Shown here piece by piece: positions 41,371 through 51,336 of a stretch of DNA of 64,000 nt (the stretch's first letter is position 1; each line of letters begins with the position of its first letter). Where the stretch lies: contig DIXG01000100.1 in NCBI GenBank assembly GCA_002436005.1, forward strand, positions 23,279 to 87,278, in the 5' to 3' direction. Position numbers and translations under genes: made by a program. The notes beneath the pieces were generated by a model. That model had not been told where the DNA came from. It did not search any database and saw only the letters and a program-made list of their open reading frames with translations. Origin of the DNA: Anaerolineaceae bacterium UBA6086 (lineage in GTDB: Bacteria > Chloroflexota > Anaerolineae > Anaerolineales > Anaerolineaceae).

Positions 41371-42444
41371 TTATATTAATGTCCGTTTGACCGGTTCTCT
41401 TTCCAGCCCAACCAAAAAACCTGAAAATTCATTCTTACTTTCAAGGACCATACCACACCCCCTGGCCACACAGGTCATTGGATCTTCAGCTACCCAGGCT
41501 CGAATTTTTAAGTCTTCTGATAATCTTTCTGCAAGGTTCTTTAATTGGGCGCTGCCCCCGGCAAGACAGATTCCACTATCAAACAGGTCAGAGAGTACTT
41601 CGGGTGGGGCTTCATCCAACGCATCGCGGATGGTTTTTACGATCACTGCGATTGAACTGGAGATCGCTTCTCTAATTTCAATGGAAGAGATCTCAATTGC
41701 CTCCGGTAGGCCGGTTACCAGGTTTCGACCCCGTACATCAATCGTCTGCTCTTCCTTCAGCGGATAGGCAGATCCAATAGTCATTTTCACTTTTTCAGCT
41801 GTTCGCTCACCAATAAATAAATTATATTTATTCCTGATATAGTTAATGATATCCTGGTCAAGCTCATCACCCGCCACACGCAGAGAACGCGATACCACAA
41901 TCCCGCCCATAGCAATCAAAGCAACCTCGGTCGTGCCACCACCAATATCCACAATCATCACACCCTGAACATCATTTACAGGCAATCCTGCGCCAATAGC
42001 TGCCGCAGCCGTTTCATGGATCATGTTGACTTCTCTTGCGCCCGCTGCCATTGCCGCATCATACACCGCTCGCTTTTCCACTTCAGAAGCACCTGAAGGA
42101 ATACCAACGACAATTCTCGGCTTTGGAAGGGGAACAATACTCTGCTGGTGTGCCTTACCAATGAAATACTCAAGCATTGCCTGGGTGACATCATAATCCG
42201 AGATGACGCCATCCCGCAGCGGCCGAAGGGCAATAACATTGGCGGGTGTTCTTCCAACCATAGCCTTTGCTTGCCCGCCAATTGCAACAGGCTCCCGGGT
42301 TCGTTTTTCAAGCGCAACCCAGGAAGGCTCATTGATGACAATGCCTTTACCACGAATATTAATTAATGTATTGGCAGTACCTAAATCGATACCGATATCC
42401 AGGGAAAATAATCCCCAAAACCAATTTAGCGGGGAAAACGCCAA
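41371..42444 (-). CDS. mreB: Rod shape-determining protein MreB
   Basis: GIDLGTANT, VDIGGGTTE. Confidence 0.96.
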   Translation of the reverse strand: MAFSPLNWFWGLFSLDIGIDLGTANTLINIRGKGIVINEPSWVALEKRTREPVAIGGQAKAMVGRTPANVIALRPLRDGVISDYDVTQAMLEYFIGKAHQQSIVPLPKPRIVVGIPSGASEVEKRAVYDAAMAAGAREVNMIHETAAAAIGAGLPVNDVQGVMIVDIGGGTTEVALIAMGGIVVSRSLRVAGDELDQDIINYIRNKYNLFIGERTAEKVKMTIGSAYPLKEEQTIDVRGRNLVTGLPEAIEISSIEIREAISSSIAVIVKTIRDALDEAPPEVLSDLFDSGICLAGGSAQLKNLAERLSEDLKIRAWVAEDPMTCVARGCGMVLESKNEFSGFLVGLEREPVKRTLI

Positions 42445-42468
42445 TTCAATACTCCTCGTTTAAACAAG

Positions 42469-42492
42469 ATTGGTAATGTACACATTACCAAT
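42469..42492. promoter_or_regulatory. Perfect 11-bp inverted repeat in the mreB leader
   Basis: ATTGGTAATGT-ac-ACATTACCAAT between an extended -10 (TGGTATAAT, 42504-42512 minus) and the RBS. Confidence 0.55.
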
Positions 42493-42579
42493 AAACCCTT
42501 GAAATTATACCATAGGATCATGGTTGGAAATTGTGCAACCACAAAAACCAGTTTACCTTTCCGCACAATTGCTGTCAAT

Positions 42580-42603
42580 CACTCAAAGACCCACTCAAAG
42601 ACC
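42580..42603. repeat. 12-bp tandem duplication CACTCAAAGACC x2
   Basis: Seen directly in intergenic sequence. Confidence 0.8.
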
Positions 42604-42717
42604 CATCACTGATGTAATCCTGCCCGATTTTCTCCATTTTAATGACCTGCTGTAGTAAAAGAATTACCCTATCACTTGATTAACCCTTATGATGATAAAT
42701 CCGCAGAACATTGGGCA

Positions 42718-43998
42718 CTACGCCCGGGCACTCTCCAAAACCGCTTGGAGATTGTCTCCTTCCCGCACGACAAAAGTTAGAACGCCTCGGTTCACCAGGG
42801 CGGTTTCCAGATCGGAAATATCCTCTTCTGCACCAAAACTTGCCGGATCAATCAAGATAATAACAGGCATCAATCCACGCTGAATCAAATCCATCACAAC
42901 GGACAAAATGTCCTCATCAGTCGCTGGGGTAATAATGATAATACTGCTGCCCCGGGCCAAATGAGTGATTTGCGAGCTGATCAACCCCCATAAAGGCATA
43001 TCGCCTTCCGCCCGTAAAACAGCCAATGTTTCCAAAATTTTGCCCAGTTGTCGCTCTCCCCGTTCCGCTGGCAGAACCGAGTAATTCTGCCCGACAGAGA
43101 CCAAACCCACCTCCCGTTTATTGCGCAGATAATATTGCGCAATTGAGGCAGTAATCGAGACCGCATACTCTTCTGTATCTGGCGGCAGGGTAAAATCTTT
43201 TTTTTGTCTGAGCTGCCATCGATCCGCACCAGGTTCAATCGCGTTGGCAGGTTGATGAATGTGAACATCCCTCCGTGCGTCAAGAAAGATCCACACCTCA
43301 GCCAGAGGATCTTTTTCGAATTCTTTAACAATCAAGCGTTGTTTGCGGGCTGATGTCGGCCAGTGAATTCTTTTCAACGGATCACCGTGCACAAATTCTC
43401 GCACTCCTGCCGAATAAGGCGTCACGTCCAGGGTCTTTTGGCGCAGCGCGCGCCCACCCGGTAAGACGCCAAATGGCGCAGGAAAATTCGAAATATTCAC
43501 TGTATATGGAATGACCAGCAGATGCGATTGAGGATCGATCCGCTTACGTAATAGAAATAAACCGAATAGATCACCAGATTCAACCAGAGTCGGACCCAAT
43601 AGAAACCAGCCGCGCTTTTCCAGAAGGGAATAGGCAATATACTGCCTGGTATGATGCCCTCCGATCCATGTCAGGATGCTTGATCCAGCGCGATCCGAAA
43701 GCTCTGATTGGTCGGTGATTTTTACCCAGATTTTTGGCAGGAAGCTGCGATTGACGATCTCAAAGTTTTCCGAGAAGACTTCCCCCACCTGTTTACGTGT
43801 GCTGCGCGTCGATCGCGTCAGTTCAACGCCATGGAGAGAGAAAACTGTCCATATAAAATTGCCCAACAGCACGATCAGCAGCGCGATAAATAACCGCTGA
43901 TAAATTGGGTTGTTTGAAAGATCTGGTAGTCTTGAGATGATGAAGCTGATAAAAATCAGTAAAACCATCCACCAGAAGGAACGACCCATCTTGATCAC
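42718..43998 (-). CDS. DUF58 domain protein
   Basis: [21 protein letters not shown]...VKEF; GTGA overlap with moxR. Confidence 0.9.
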   Translation of the reverse strand: MIKMGRSFWWMVLLIFISFIISRLPDLSNNPIYQRLFIALLIVLLGNFIWTVFSLHGVELTRSTRSTRKQVGEVFSENFEIVNRSFLPKIWVKITDQSELSDRAGSSILTWIGGHHTRQYIAYSLLEKRGWFLLGPTLVESGDLFGLFLLRKRIDPQSHLLVIPYTVNISNFPAPFGVLPGGRALRQKTLDVTPYSAGVREFVHGDPLKRIHWPTSARKQRLIVKEFEKDPLAEVWIFLDARRDVHIHQPANAIEPGADRWQLRQKKDFTLPPDTEEYAVSITASIAQYYLRNKREVGLVSVGQNYSVLPAERGERQLGKILETLAVLRAEGDMPLWGLISSQITHLARGSSIIIITPATDEDILSVVMDLIQRGLMPVIILIDPASFGAEEDISDLETALVNRGVLTFVVREGDNLQAVLESARA

Positions 43999-44966
43999 AT
44001 TGCACCACCGCCAAGGTCGCCCCCAGGAATTGCGAGTGCATTCAGAATTTCCTTCACAATCTTTGCCGCACTCACATCCGTCAATCTTGCTGCTGGACTG
44101 ACCACAATCCTGTGAGGGAGGATGTTTGGCGCAAGCGTTTTGATATCATCAGGCAGAACATAGTCGCGCCCCAAAAGCGCTGCCCGAGCCTGTGCCGCCC
44201 GAAAAAGCCCTAAACTTCCCCGAGGACTGGCACCCAGGTACACCTCAGGATGCTGACGTGTTTCCCTGACCAATTCAACAATATAGCGTTCCACAGGCGG
44301 AGAAACGTGAACATACTTAACCAATTCCTGCGCACGCAGAATTTCATCGAGTGAAATCACTGGTTCCAGGTCAAGGATGGGATGATTGAGCTTTTGCTGC
44401 TCAAGTATTTTAATTTCGTTGCTGAGTGAGGTGTACCCCAGATCGATCCGCATTAAAAATCGATCCAATTGGGCTTCTGGCAGCGGAAAAGTCCCTTCAT
44501 ATTCGATTGGATTTTGGGTTGCCATCACCATAAAAGGCTGGGGAAGAAGGTAAGTCATGCCATCCACGGTCATCTGGCGCTCTTCCATAGCCTCAAGCAA
44601 TGCGGATTGCGTCTTTGGTGTGGCACGATTGATCTCATCTCCTAAAACAATCTGTGCCATCAAAGGTCCGGGCCGAAACTCAAATTCCCTCGTGTTCTGG
44701 TTGTAAATCGACACACCTGTTACATCACTTGGCAACATGTCCGGTGTAAATTGAATCCGTTTAAAAGTGCATCCTAATGATTTTGCCAGGCTGCGAGCGA
44801 GCATTGTTTTACCCACACCAGGCACGTCCTCAATCAATACATGTCCTTGACAGAGAAAGGAGATAATCGTCTGTGTGATTGCATCATCCTTTCCAATGAT
44901 GACTTTTCCCAGATTTGTCTTCAGTTTTTCACCAATGTTCTGAACAAATGAAATGTCTACTGCCAT
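43995..44966 (-). CDS. MoxR family AAA+ ATPase
   Basis: [32 protein letters not shown]. Confidence 0.95.
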   Translation of the reverse strand: MAVDISFVQNIGEKLKTNLGKVIIGKDDAITQTIISFLCQGHVLIEDVPGVGKTMLARSLAKSLGCTFKRIQFTPDMLPSDVTGVSIYNQNTREFEFRPGPLMAQIVLGDEINRATPKTQSALLEAMEERQMTVDGMTYLLPQPFMVMATQNPIEYEGTFPLPEAQLDRFLMRIDLGYTSLSNEIKILEQQKLNHPILDLEPVISLDEILRAQELVKYVHVSPPVERYIVELVRETRQHPEVYLGASPRGSLGLFRAAQARAALLGRDYVLPDDIKTLAPNILPHRIVVSPAARLTDVSAAKIVKEILNALAIPGGDLGGGAM

Positions 44967-45243
44967 TTACCTACTCCCTTATGCGGAGGAAATTCATCAC
45001 TGAGTAATAACGATTTCTCATAATTTTATCTTATTTTGAAATGATTTGCCTTGCTGGCATTCTAAAAACGACTGGAGTCAATTTCCACGAATAAACCAGC
45101 CCCGCAATACCAATTCATGGGCACAGCCCTGTTAATTGTTGTGAAATTTACATGATAAAATAAAACAGTCAGAAAAATCTGATGTTCAGTAAAAATACAC
45201 TGAACCCTTCGCCTGCGTGTAATTGTTTTTCGAAAGGCTGCCC

Positions 45244-45948
45244 ATGACCAGTGAAACCCTAAATTTGTTCCGTTTACAAAAACTCGACACACTGATCGAC
45301 AAACACCAACTCCGTATTTCTGAAATTGATCAAGCCCTGAGCAGTGATCTGAGGGTAAAAAAGGCTACAGCTCTGCTTGAAAAAGCTCAAGGGCAAACAA
45401 AGGAAATTCGCATCCAACTGCGACAGCTGGAAAACAAAGTAGAAGACCTCAGGATCAAGAGGAAAACTACCCAGGCATCCATGTTCAGTGGCAAAATCAA
45501 GAATCCCAAGCAATTGGAAGAACTACAGATGGAAACAGAAGCACTCAAACGTTACATCAACCAGCTTGAAGATGAACAGCTGGAGATCATGATTGCCTTC
45601 GAATCTGCAGAAAACCAGGAGCAAAAAGCAGAGAAACGCTTGAGTCAGATAAAAGCAGTTACGGTGCAGGAAAATGCTGAAATGCTGGGAGAGCGTAAAA
45701 TGATAGAAACCGATTTGAAAAGACTGCTGCGTGAAAAGGACGCCGTGTTACAGTCCATTCCACCTGAAAACCTCACCCTCTATCACCGCCTAAGAAAAAC
45801 AAAATATGGAACAGCCGTTGCATTGGTCACGGATGGGGGCTGCAGCATTTGTGGACAGGCGCTGACCCCTGCCGATCAGCAATCGATTCGTGCGTCTAAT
45901 CAACTGGTCTTCTGCCCGTCTTGCGGCAGAATTTTGTTTGAAGGGTGA
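45244..45948 (+). CDS. Coiled-coil C4 zinc-ribbon protein (DUF164 type)
   Basis: LFRLQKLD N-terminus; CSIC...CPSCGRIL. Confidence 0.88.
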   Translation: MTSETLNLFRLQKLDTLIDKHQLRISEIDQALSSDLRVKKATALLEKAQGQTKEIRIQLRQLENKVEDLRIKRKTTQASMFSGKIKNPKQLEELQMETEALKRYINQLEDEQLEIMIAFESAENQEQKAEKRLSQIKAVTVQENAEMLGERKMIETDLKRLLREKDAVLQSIPPENLTLYHRLRKTKYGTAVALVTDGGCSICGQALTPADQQSIRASNQLVFCPSCGRILFEG

Positions 45949-45956
45949 TCTGCTTA

Positions 45957-46214
45957 CTAAAAGCTGCGCAGAATCGTAACAAGGATCGACCCCAAAACTT
46001 GTAACGCGATGATTAAAATCAGCGGGCTCCAATCCACCCCACCCATGGGTGGTACCAACTTCCGGATTGGTGAAAGCAATGGGCCTACAACCCTGCCTAA
46101 TGCCTGTCGGATGGGATGATACGGGTCCATAAAATAGCTCAACAGAGAAGAAATAAACACCAGTAAGGATAAAACACGAACGGTTGCATCAACAATTGCT
46201 ATCACAATATTCAT
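45957..46214 (-). CDS. yggT: YggT family membrane protein
   Basis: P.L.PIR..VP.MGGVDWSP. Confidence 0.88.
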   Translation of the reverse strand: MNIVIAIVDATVRVLSLLVFISSLLSYFMDPYHPIRQALGRVVGPLLSPIRKLVPPMGGVDWSPLILIIALQVLGSILVTILRSF

Positions 46215-46246
46215 AAATTCTCCATAACCCAATTAAGCGTCGTTAA

Positions 46247-46981
46247 TTATCCGGGTCGTGACCCAAAAATATCCGTTCCAACCCGCACCATTGTGGCACC
46301 TTCTTCAATTGCAACCTCATAATCAAAACTGGTGCCTATCGAAAGTTCGTCCCAACAGACATCTGGGATTTCTTGCTGTAAATATTGCCGAAAACGGACC
46401 AGTTTTTTATAAAGCGGCCTGGTTTTTTCCGGATCCTCAAACAGAGGCGGCATGCTCATCAACCCTCGAATTTCGACATTGGGCAGTTCTGCAATTTGAC
46501 GAAATGGCGTCAAAAGGTTTTCCCATCCCTCCTCATCATAGGCAGGCCAGCCAAATTTGCTGTCTTCACCGCTTACGTTCACTTCCATCAACACAGGCAA
46601 CACCCTGTTCATCTCACCTGAATATCGATCCAGGTATCTGGCAATTTTCATCCGGTCAACCGAATGAACCAAATCAAAATATTCGCAAACAGTTTGGGCT
46701 TTCCGGCTCTGGATATGACCGATCATGTGCCACTCGACACCCGTATGTCCTTCCAAAGCCTGGATCTTCTCAGCTGCTTGGTCGGCATAATTTTCGCCAA
46801 AACATGTAATGCCATTTTGGATGCCTGCTTGAATCACATCCAGAGAGACCAATTTTGTAACAGCAATTAATTTAACGCTCCCGGAATGACGGCCAGATCT
46901 TTCTGCTGCCTTTGCAATTCGTTGCTGAACCTTCTCCAGGTTGCTGCCAATTATCGCAATCTTTGCTTCTTCAATTTCCAT
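46247..46981 (-). CDS. yggS: YggS family PLP-binding protein
   Basis: LIAVTK, FGENY, WHMIGHIQS.K, GATMVRVGT.IFG. Confidence 0.94.
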   Translation of the reverse strand: MEIEEAKIAIIGSNLEKVQQRIAKAAERSGRHSGSVKLIAVTKLVSLDVIQAGIQNGITCFGENYADQAAEKIQALEGHTGVEWHMIGHIQSRKAQTVCEYFDLVHSVDRMKIARYLDRYSGEMNRVLPVLMEVNVSGEDSKFGWPAYDEEGWENLLTPFRQIAELPNVEIRGLMSMPPLFEDPEKTRPLYKKLVRFRQYLQQEIPDVCWDELSIGTSFDYEVAIEEGATMVRVGTDIFGSRPG

Positions 46982-47001
46982 CTTTTTTCTTTCCTTCTAC
47001 A

Positions 47002-47790
47002 TCATCCAGCCCTGAGGGAAAGGATGACCCCAAATCGGCCGGTCTTGCCATTTTCTGCCCGGTGAGAATACCAATCCTCAAGGTGGCAGGCTGTGCAAAG
47101 TCCGGAATCTTCTATTTGATTCACACCCGCCTGCTGCAGTGCGAATTTGTTTGCACCACGTAAATCTAAGTATAGTCCATCACTCTTGCGTATAAAGAAT
47201 CGTTCTGCTTCATCACCAAAACTGGTCCGGTAGGCTGCATATACTTCCTCACCCACCTGGTAACAAGCCTGACAAATGCTTGGACCTATCCCTGCTAAAA
47301 TGGTCGCAGGGTCAGACCCATAGCAAGACACCATCTTTTCAATGGCAGACTGAGCCACCTTCATACATGTTCCCTGCCAACCTGCATGGATGATCCCAAT
47401 CACATGATGAACAGGATCAAAAAGTAAAATAGGAACACAATCAGCAAATCGCATAAACAAAGTGACCTCTGGGTTATCGGTCAGGATGCCGTCAGCCTTC
47501 TGATGGGGTTCGCCAGCCTTCCGTGGGGAATCGGTACAAATTATTTTCGTTCCATGAACCTGCCACACATCAAATCTGGAATAATAATCGTATCCAAAAG
47601 TGTCGTAAATTAATTGATGATTCTTCAGCACTGCCTGGGGGTTGTCCCCAACTGTTCCCCCAGTATTCAGTTGAGCAAAGGGAGACTGACTGAATCCCCC
47701 TTTGCGGGTCAGCACAGCATGAAATAACGGGAGTCTTAGAAAGCTGTCAAATTGAAAATAACGGAGCCCATTTTTTTCCGAAAAACCCAT
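47002..47790 (-). CDS. pgeF: Peptidoglycan editing factor PgeF (YfiH)
   Basis: QVHG, ADC.P, HAGW.G, CT.C...YSHR. Confidence 0.92.
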   Translation of the reverse strand: MGFSEKNGLRYFQFDSFLRLPLFHAVLTRKGGFSQSPFAQLNTGGTVGDNPQAVLKNHQLIYDTFGYDYYSRFDVWQVHGTKIICTDSPRKAGEPHQKADGILTDNPEVTLFMRFADCVPILLFDPVHHVIGIIHAGWQGTCMKVAQSAIEKMVSCYGSDPATILAGIGPSICQACYQVGEEVYAAYRTSFGDEAERFFIRKSDGLYLDLRGANKFALQQAGVNQIEDSGLCTACHLEDWYSHRAENGKTGRFGVILSLRAG

Positions 47791-47794
47791 TTTG

Positions 47795-48796
47795 TTATTG
47801 ATTGCTTTCTTCAATTTGATCCACAATGACTTGTTTCAAATGCATTTCGCGTCGATTTTCCATGACTGATTCTTCCAGGTAGGGAATACCAAACCAGGCT
47901 GTAGCCAAGCCAAAAAACGCACCGGTGAGCGTGCGCAGCAAAGGCGTGCTCTCTCTCAATGGCAGCCATTCAAAGATCGCCAGTCCTGTCTGACTGAGCA
48001 GTTGTGAAAAGCCATCTAATCCAATCGGTCCTAAACCGAGAATGAGCCACAAATACCAGGGTAATGGCTTAATTTTCTTGCCCGTCAATGAAAATATGAT
48101 ACCAAATAACAGCATCGCACCATATATAGCTAAATCCCGCTGGCAAAGGGCTGTCTTGTAGCCCAGTGTTTCATTCCCAAGGAAACTCCTTGCTTCCCCA
48201 ATATTCGTTTCACTCAATCCTGTCGCCTGCCCATAGGTGAGAATGCCCTCCACATTGGCAAGTTCCCGGGGGTAGTAAATTTGTTCACCAAAGAGGAAAA
48301 AGGAGCGAAAAGCCAGTTGGTGGCACAGCGGACTGTAAACCTTATAGATGACTTTAGCCGGTCTTTCCCATCCCACCTTCATCATCACAGGTGCTAACAA
48401 GGCAAGAAAAACATACAGAAAGGTGAACATGTTCACGATCACCATATAGTGGTGCGAAAACCAGTGCGAGAACTGATCAGATTTTGTCATCGCCAGTGGC
48501 TGCGTTATCCTTTGGACCAGGGCATCATTACCCTTGGATTGCGCCTCTTCTAAACGCTGTTCCGCTTTCTCAAACGCAAAGTCCATTTCGTCATAGGAAA
48601 AACTTTTAACCAGCCGAAAAATGCCAATATCCAGGACCGGGCTTTTTTCTGCAAACTCCTCCTGTAAAACATCCTCCTTCTCGATTCTCACAATATTCAA
48701 ATCATGAGGATGTTGTGATTGAAGTTTTGAGAGATCATCGACAATTCTCCCAAACTGAGGATCATCACTGGCAATAAAAAGCGTTGTCTGTATCAT
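47795..48796 (-). CDS. DUF2085 membrane protein with N-terminal glutaredoxin-like domain
   Basis: LCHQ...RSF, LCQRD.AIY, LDG..Q, R.LTG motifs. Confidence 0.8.
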   Translation of the reverse strand: MIQTTLFIASDDPQFGRIVDDLSKLQSQHPHDLNIVRIEKEDVLQEEFAEKSPVLDIGIFRLVKSFSYDEMDFAFEKAEQRLEEAQSKGNDALVQRITQPLAMTKSDQFSHWFSHHYMVIVNMFTFLYVFLALLAPVMMKVGWERPAKVIYKVYSPLCHQLAFRSFFLFGEQIYYPRELANVEGILTYGQATGLSETNIGEARSFLGNETLGYKTALCQRDLAIYGAMLLFGIIFSLTGKKIKPLPWYLWLILGLGPIGLDGFSQLLSQTGLAIFEWLPLRESTPLLRTLTGAFFGLATAWFGIPYLEESVMENRREMHLKQVIVDQIEESNQ

Positions 48797-49425
48797 TCAA
48801 TCACACCTATCTTTTCTAAGTAACCGGCCAACAAGAGCTCATCAAGCTGGCCGATGTGCGTTGCTCGCCAATAGCCATCTTCATCAATAAAAATCGAGGT
48901 CGGCAGCCCCATGACACGGTAGGCATTTCCTGCAATATTCTCAGGGTCCAGCAGAAAAACCAAGTCATAGCCATATTCTGCAACGAATTGTGCCACCTTC
49001 GCTTGCTCTTCCCCGGCATTCACAGCCAGAACAATAAATTCATCAGCATAACGATCCGCATAATCCTGGATCAACGGCAGCTCATCCAGGCAAGGTGGAC
49101 ACCAGGTAGCCCAAAAGTTGATCATCACGGATTTTCCTTCAAAATCAGCAAGGGCAACAGTCTCGCCATCCAGGTTCGTTAATTCAAAATCTGCTGCAAG
49201 TTTTGCTTGCAGCTCAGAAGTTGCGGTCGGCGTAAACACATCAGGCTCTACAAAGGACTCCGCTGCTGGAAGACTGTTTTTTTCACTCTCTACCTCGTCA
49301 TTACGGAAAACGCTAAACATTTCTTCAAAACGAAAATAAATAAGAATTGCAAGGCCAATAATGACAACTACCAAAAGAAAATCAAGAATGCGGCTTTGAT
49401 TCCGAAAAACAACACCCGGTTTCAT
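48793..49425 (-). CDS. TlpA/ResA family thiol-disulfide oxidoreductase
   Basis: N-terminal TM; NFWATWCPPC..ELP; GLPTS. Confidence 0.92.
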   Translation of the reverse strand: MKPGVVFRNQSRILDFLLVVVIIGLAILIYFRFEEMFSVFRNDEVESEKNSLPAAESFVEPDVFTPTATSELQAKLAADFELTNLDGETVALADFEGKSVMINFWATWCPPCLDELPLIQDYADRYADEFIVLAVNAGEEQAKVAQFVAEYGYDLVFLLDPENIAGNAYRVMGLPTSIFIDEDGYWRATHIGQLDELLLAGYLEKIGVIE

Positions 49426-49427
49426 GG

Positions 49428-50153
49428 TTAAATCCCAAAATCGATCAATGAATCAAATGTGATCAATTGCTGGTAGATGCCAAGAAATAACATCACCCCA
49501 ACAATGATGAGGATCACACCCATCATCACTTGAGCAATCTGCATGGCTTTGTTGTGTTTTCGGAGGATGTGGGTCACCCAACCCACACCAAGCGCAGCAG
49601 CCAGAAACGGAATCGCCATCCCCGCCGAATACACGCTCAATAAAACCAACCCCTGGCCAATATTTGCCCGCTCAATCGCCAGTGTCAAGATTAATCCCAA
49701 TGTCGGACCAACACAGGGCGACCAACCTGCTGAGAAAAAGATTCCCATTAAGAATGAGGATAAAAAGCTGCCTCCCTCTCCAAGCTTGGATTGGGGGCGA
49801 AGCTCATACTCAAGAAAAGGGATGTGGATCAGTCCGGCCATGTGCAGTCCAAACAAGATGATGATCACACCACCCGCTTTAGCCAGGATGTCCCGGGTCT
49901 GATAGAAAAATTGGCTTAAGGCAGAAAACGCAATCCCCAATGAAATGAAAACAAATGAAAACCCTAAGACAAATGCAATGCCGTGCAGAAAAGTCTTACG
50001 ACGCTGTGCTAATTTTCCAGCTTCAGCCGATGCCATGGAACGCCCACCAAGATAACCAATGTAGGCGGGAACAAGTGAAAATACACAGGGTGAAAAAAAA
50101 GAGGCTAATCCTGCCAAAAACGCAAGACCAACAGAGAGGTTCACAAAATCCAT
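49428..50153 (-). CDS. ccdA: CcdA family membrane thiol-disulfide transporter
   Basis: SFFSPCV..LVP.Y and GWSPCVGP.L. Confidence 0.92.
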   Translation of the reverse strand: MDFVNLSVGLAFLAGLASFFSPCVFSLVPAYIGYLGGRSMASAEAGKLAQRRKTFLHGIAFVLGFSFVFISLGIAFSALSQFFYQTRDILAKAGGVIIILFGLHMAGLIHIPFLEYELRPQSKLGEGGSFLSSFLMGIFFSAGWSPCVGPTLGLILTLAIERANIGQGLVLLSVYSAGMAIPFLAAALGVGWVTHILRKHNKAMQIAQVMMGVILIIVGVMLFLGIYQQLITFDSLIDFGI

Positions 50154-50165
50154 AGCCAATCCTTG

Positions 50166-51323
50166 CTAAGCAACAACGACATCAACTTTAGTGGATTGGT
50201 TGAGTCCTTGAATGGTTAATTCACCGGGGTAATAGGAAACTGCAGGCTCTGTCCAGCGCCAGACCCACTGAGCATCTTCGGGTTTGGCGTTCACACAACC
50301 ATGCGAGCGCGCTGTGCCATAATAATTATGCCAGAATGTAGAATGCACCGCTGCGCCATTATTGTCAAATAGAGTGGTCCAGCCGACACCAGGAATATCA
50401 TAATTGCCTACAGCAGGACCCGCACTCATGTGCGTCGAAATCATTTTTCGCCAGATCGTGTGGACGCCAGGTGGTGTCAGCCACTTTTCGTCATCGTAGT
50501 TGTAACCACCTGTTGTCACCTTGCTGAAAAAGACTTCCTCATCACCTTCATAGCAGGACATTGTTTGGTAATTAAGGTTGACAACAACTAGTTTGTCCTC
50601 AGCATCAGGATGAATGGTCGAAACTTCTTCTGGTGTAATCTGTCGGCACACTGCTGCATCCACCCAATAGGCATCATCAAAGGCGCCATACAGCTGTTTC
50701 AGACAATATTGCGGTCGCCCGGTAAGCGGATCGTTTCGAACATCAAATGCCCAAAACACCTGCGAATAATAAATGCGTGGGCGCACCGCTGTTCTCGCCC
50801 AGTGTTGTGATGGCCCCCGCTCAAAGGTCAGACTGGTATACGGCGCAACAATTTCTACCCACATGCCGCGCTCCCCATTGGGTGTTTCAGGCAGCTGAAG
50901 TAAAGGCTCCTGGGGAAGGAATTTGACCTTCTGCAGATAATCCGCATAAATATACCCCTCAGGCACTTCCACCCATCGCTGGTTGACCCGAATGGGATCC
51001 AGCTGTTTTGATATCACCTCTTGCTTCCACTCGAAAACATCATCAAACCAGGCAGTGCCAGCCACCGGGGCATTGGTATAGGGCTCCGTCAGTATATCCA
51101 CTCGGGTGCCAGGCTCGCCAACGCACATCCTTCCTAATTGAACATTTGCCGGAAAGTCGGGAGTAAGCGGTTCATCCTGGTTTTGTCCTGTAAGTGAAGC
51201 AAGTACGCCAGGTGTGTTCGTTCCGCTCAGAGCCAGCCCCCCCAGAGCCATCCCTGCATATTTTAAGAAATCTCGCCTTGTTAGTCTGTCTTTTTGAGTC
51301 ATATTATGATTAAAGTAATCCAA
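50166..51323 (-). CDS. Tat-exported L,D-transpeptidase (YkuD family)
   Basis: TRRDFLK twin-arginine motif; TPPG, H..FWH...G..RSHGCVN. Confidence 0.9.
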   Translation of the reverse strand: MDYFNHNMTQKDRLTRRDFLKYAGMALGGLALSGTNTPGVLASLTGQNQDEPLTPDFPANVQLGRMCVGEPGTRVDILTEPYTNAPVAGTAWFDDVFEWKQEVISKQLDPIRVNQRWVEVPEGYIYADYLQKVKFLPQEPLLQLPETPNGERGMWVEIVAPYTSLTFERGPSQHWARTAVRPRIYYSQVFWAFDVRNDPLTGRPQYCLKQLYGAFDDAYWVDAAVCRQITPEEVSTIHPDAEDKLVVVNLNYQTMSCYEGDEEVFFSKVTTGGYNYDDEKWLTPPGVHTIWRKMISTHMSAGPAVGNYDIPGVGWTTLFDNNGAAVHSTFWHNYYGTARSHGCVNAKPEDAQWVWRWTEPAVSYYPGELTIQGLNQSTKVDVVVA

Positions 51324-51336
51324 ATTATCCTAATTG

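Noticed and set aside
42580..42603. 12-bp tandem repeat as a functional array
   Set aside because: Only two copies; consistent with slippage duplication
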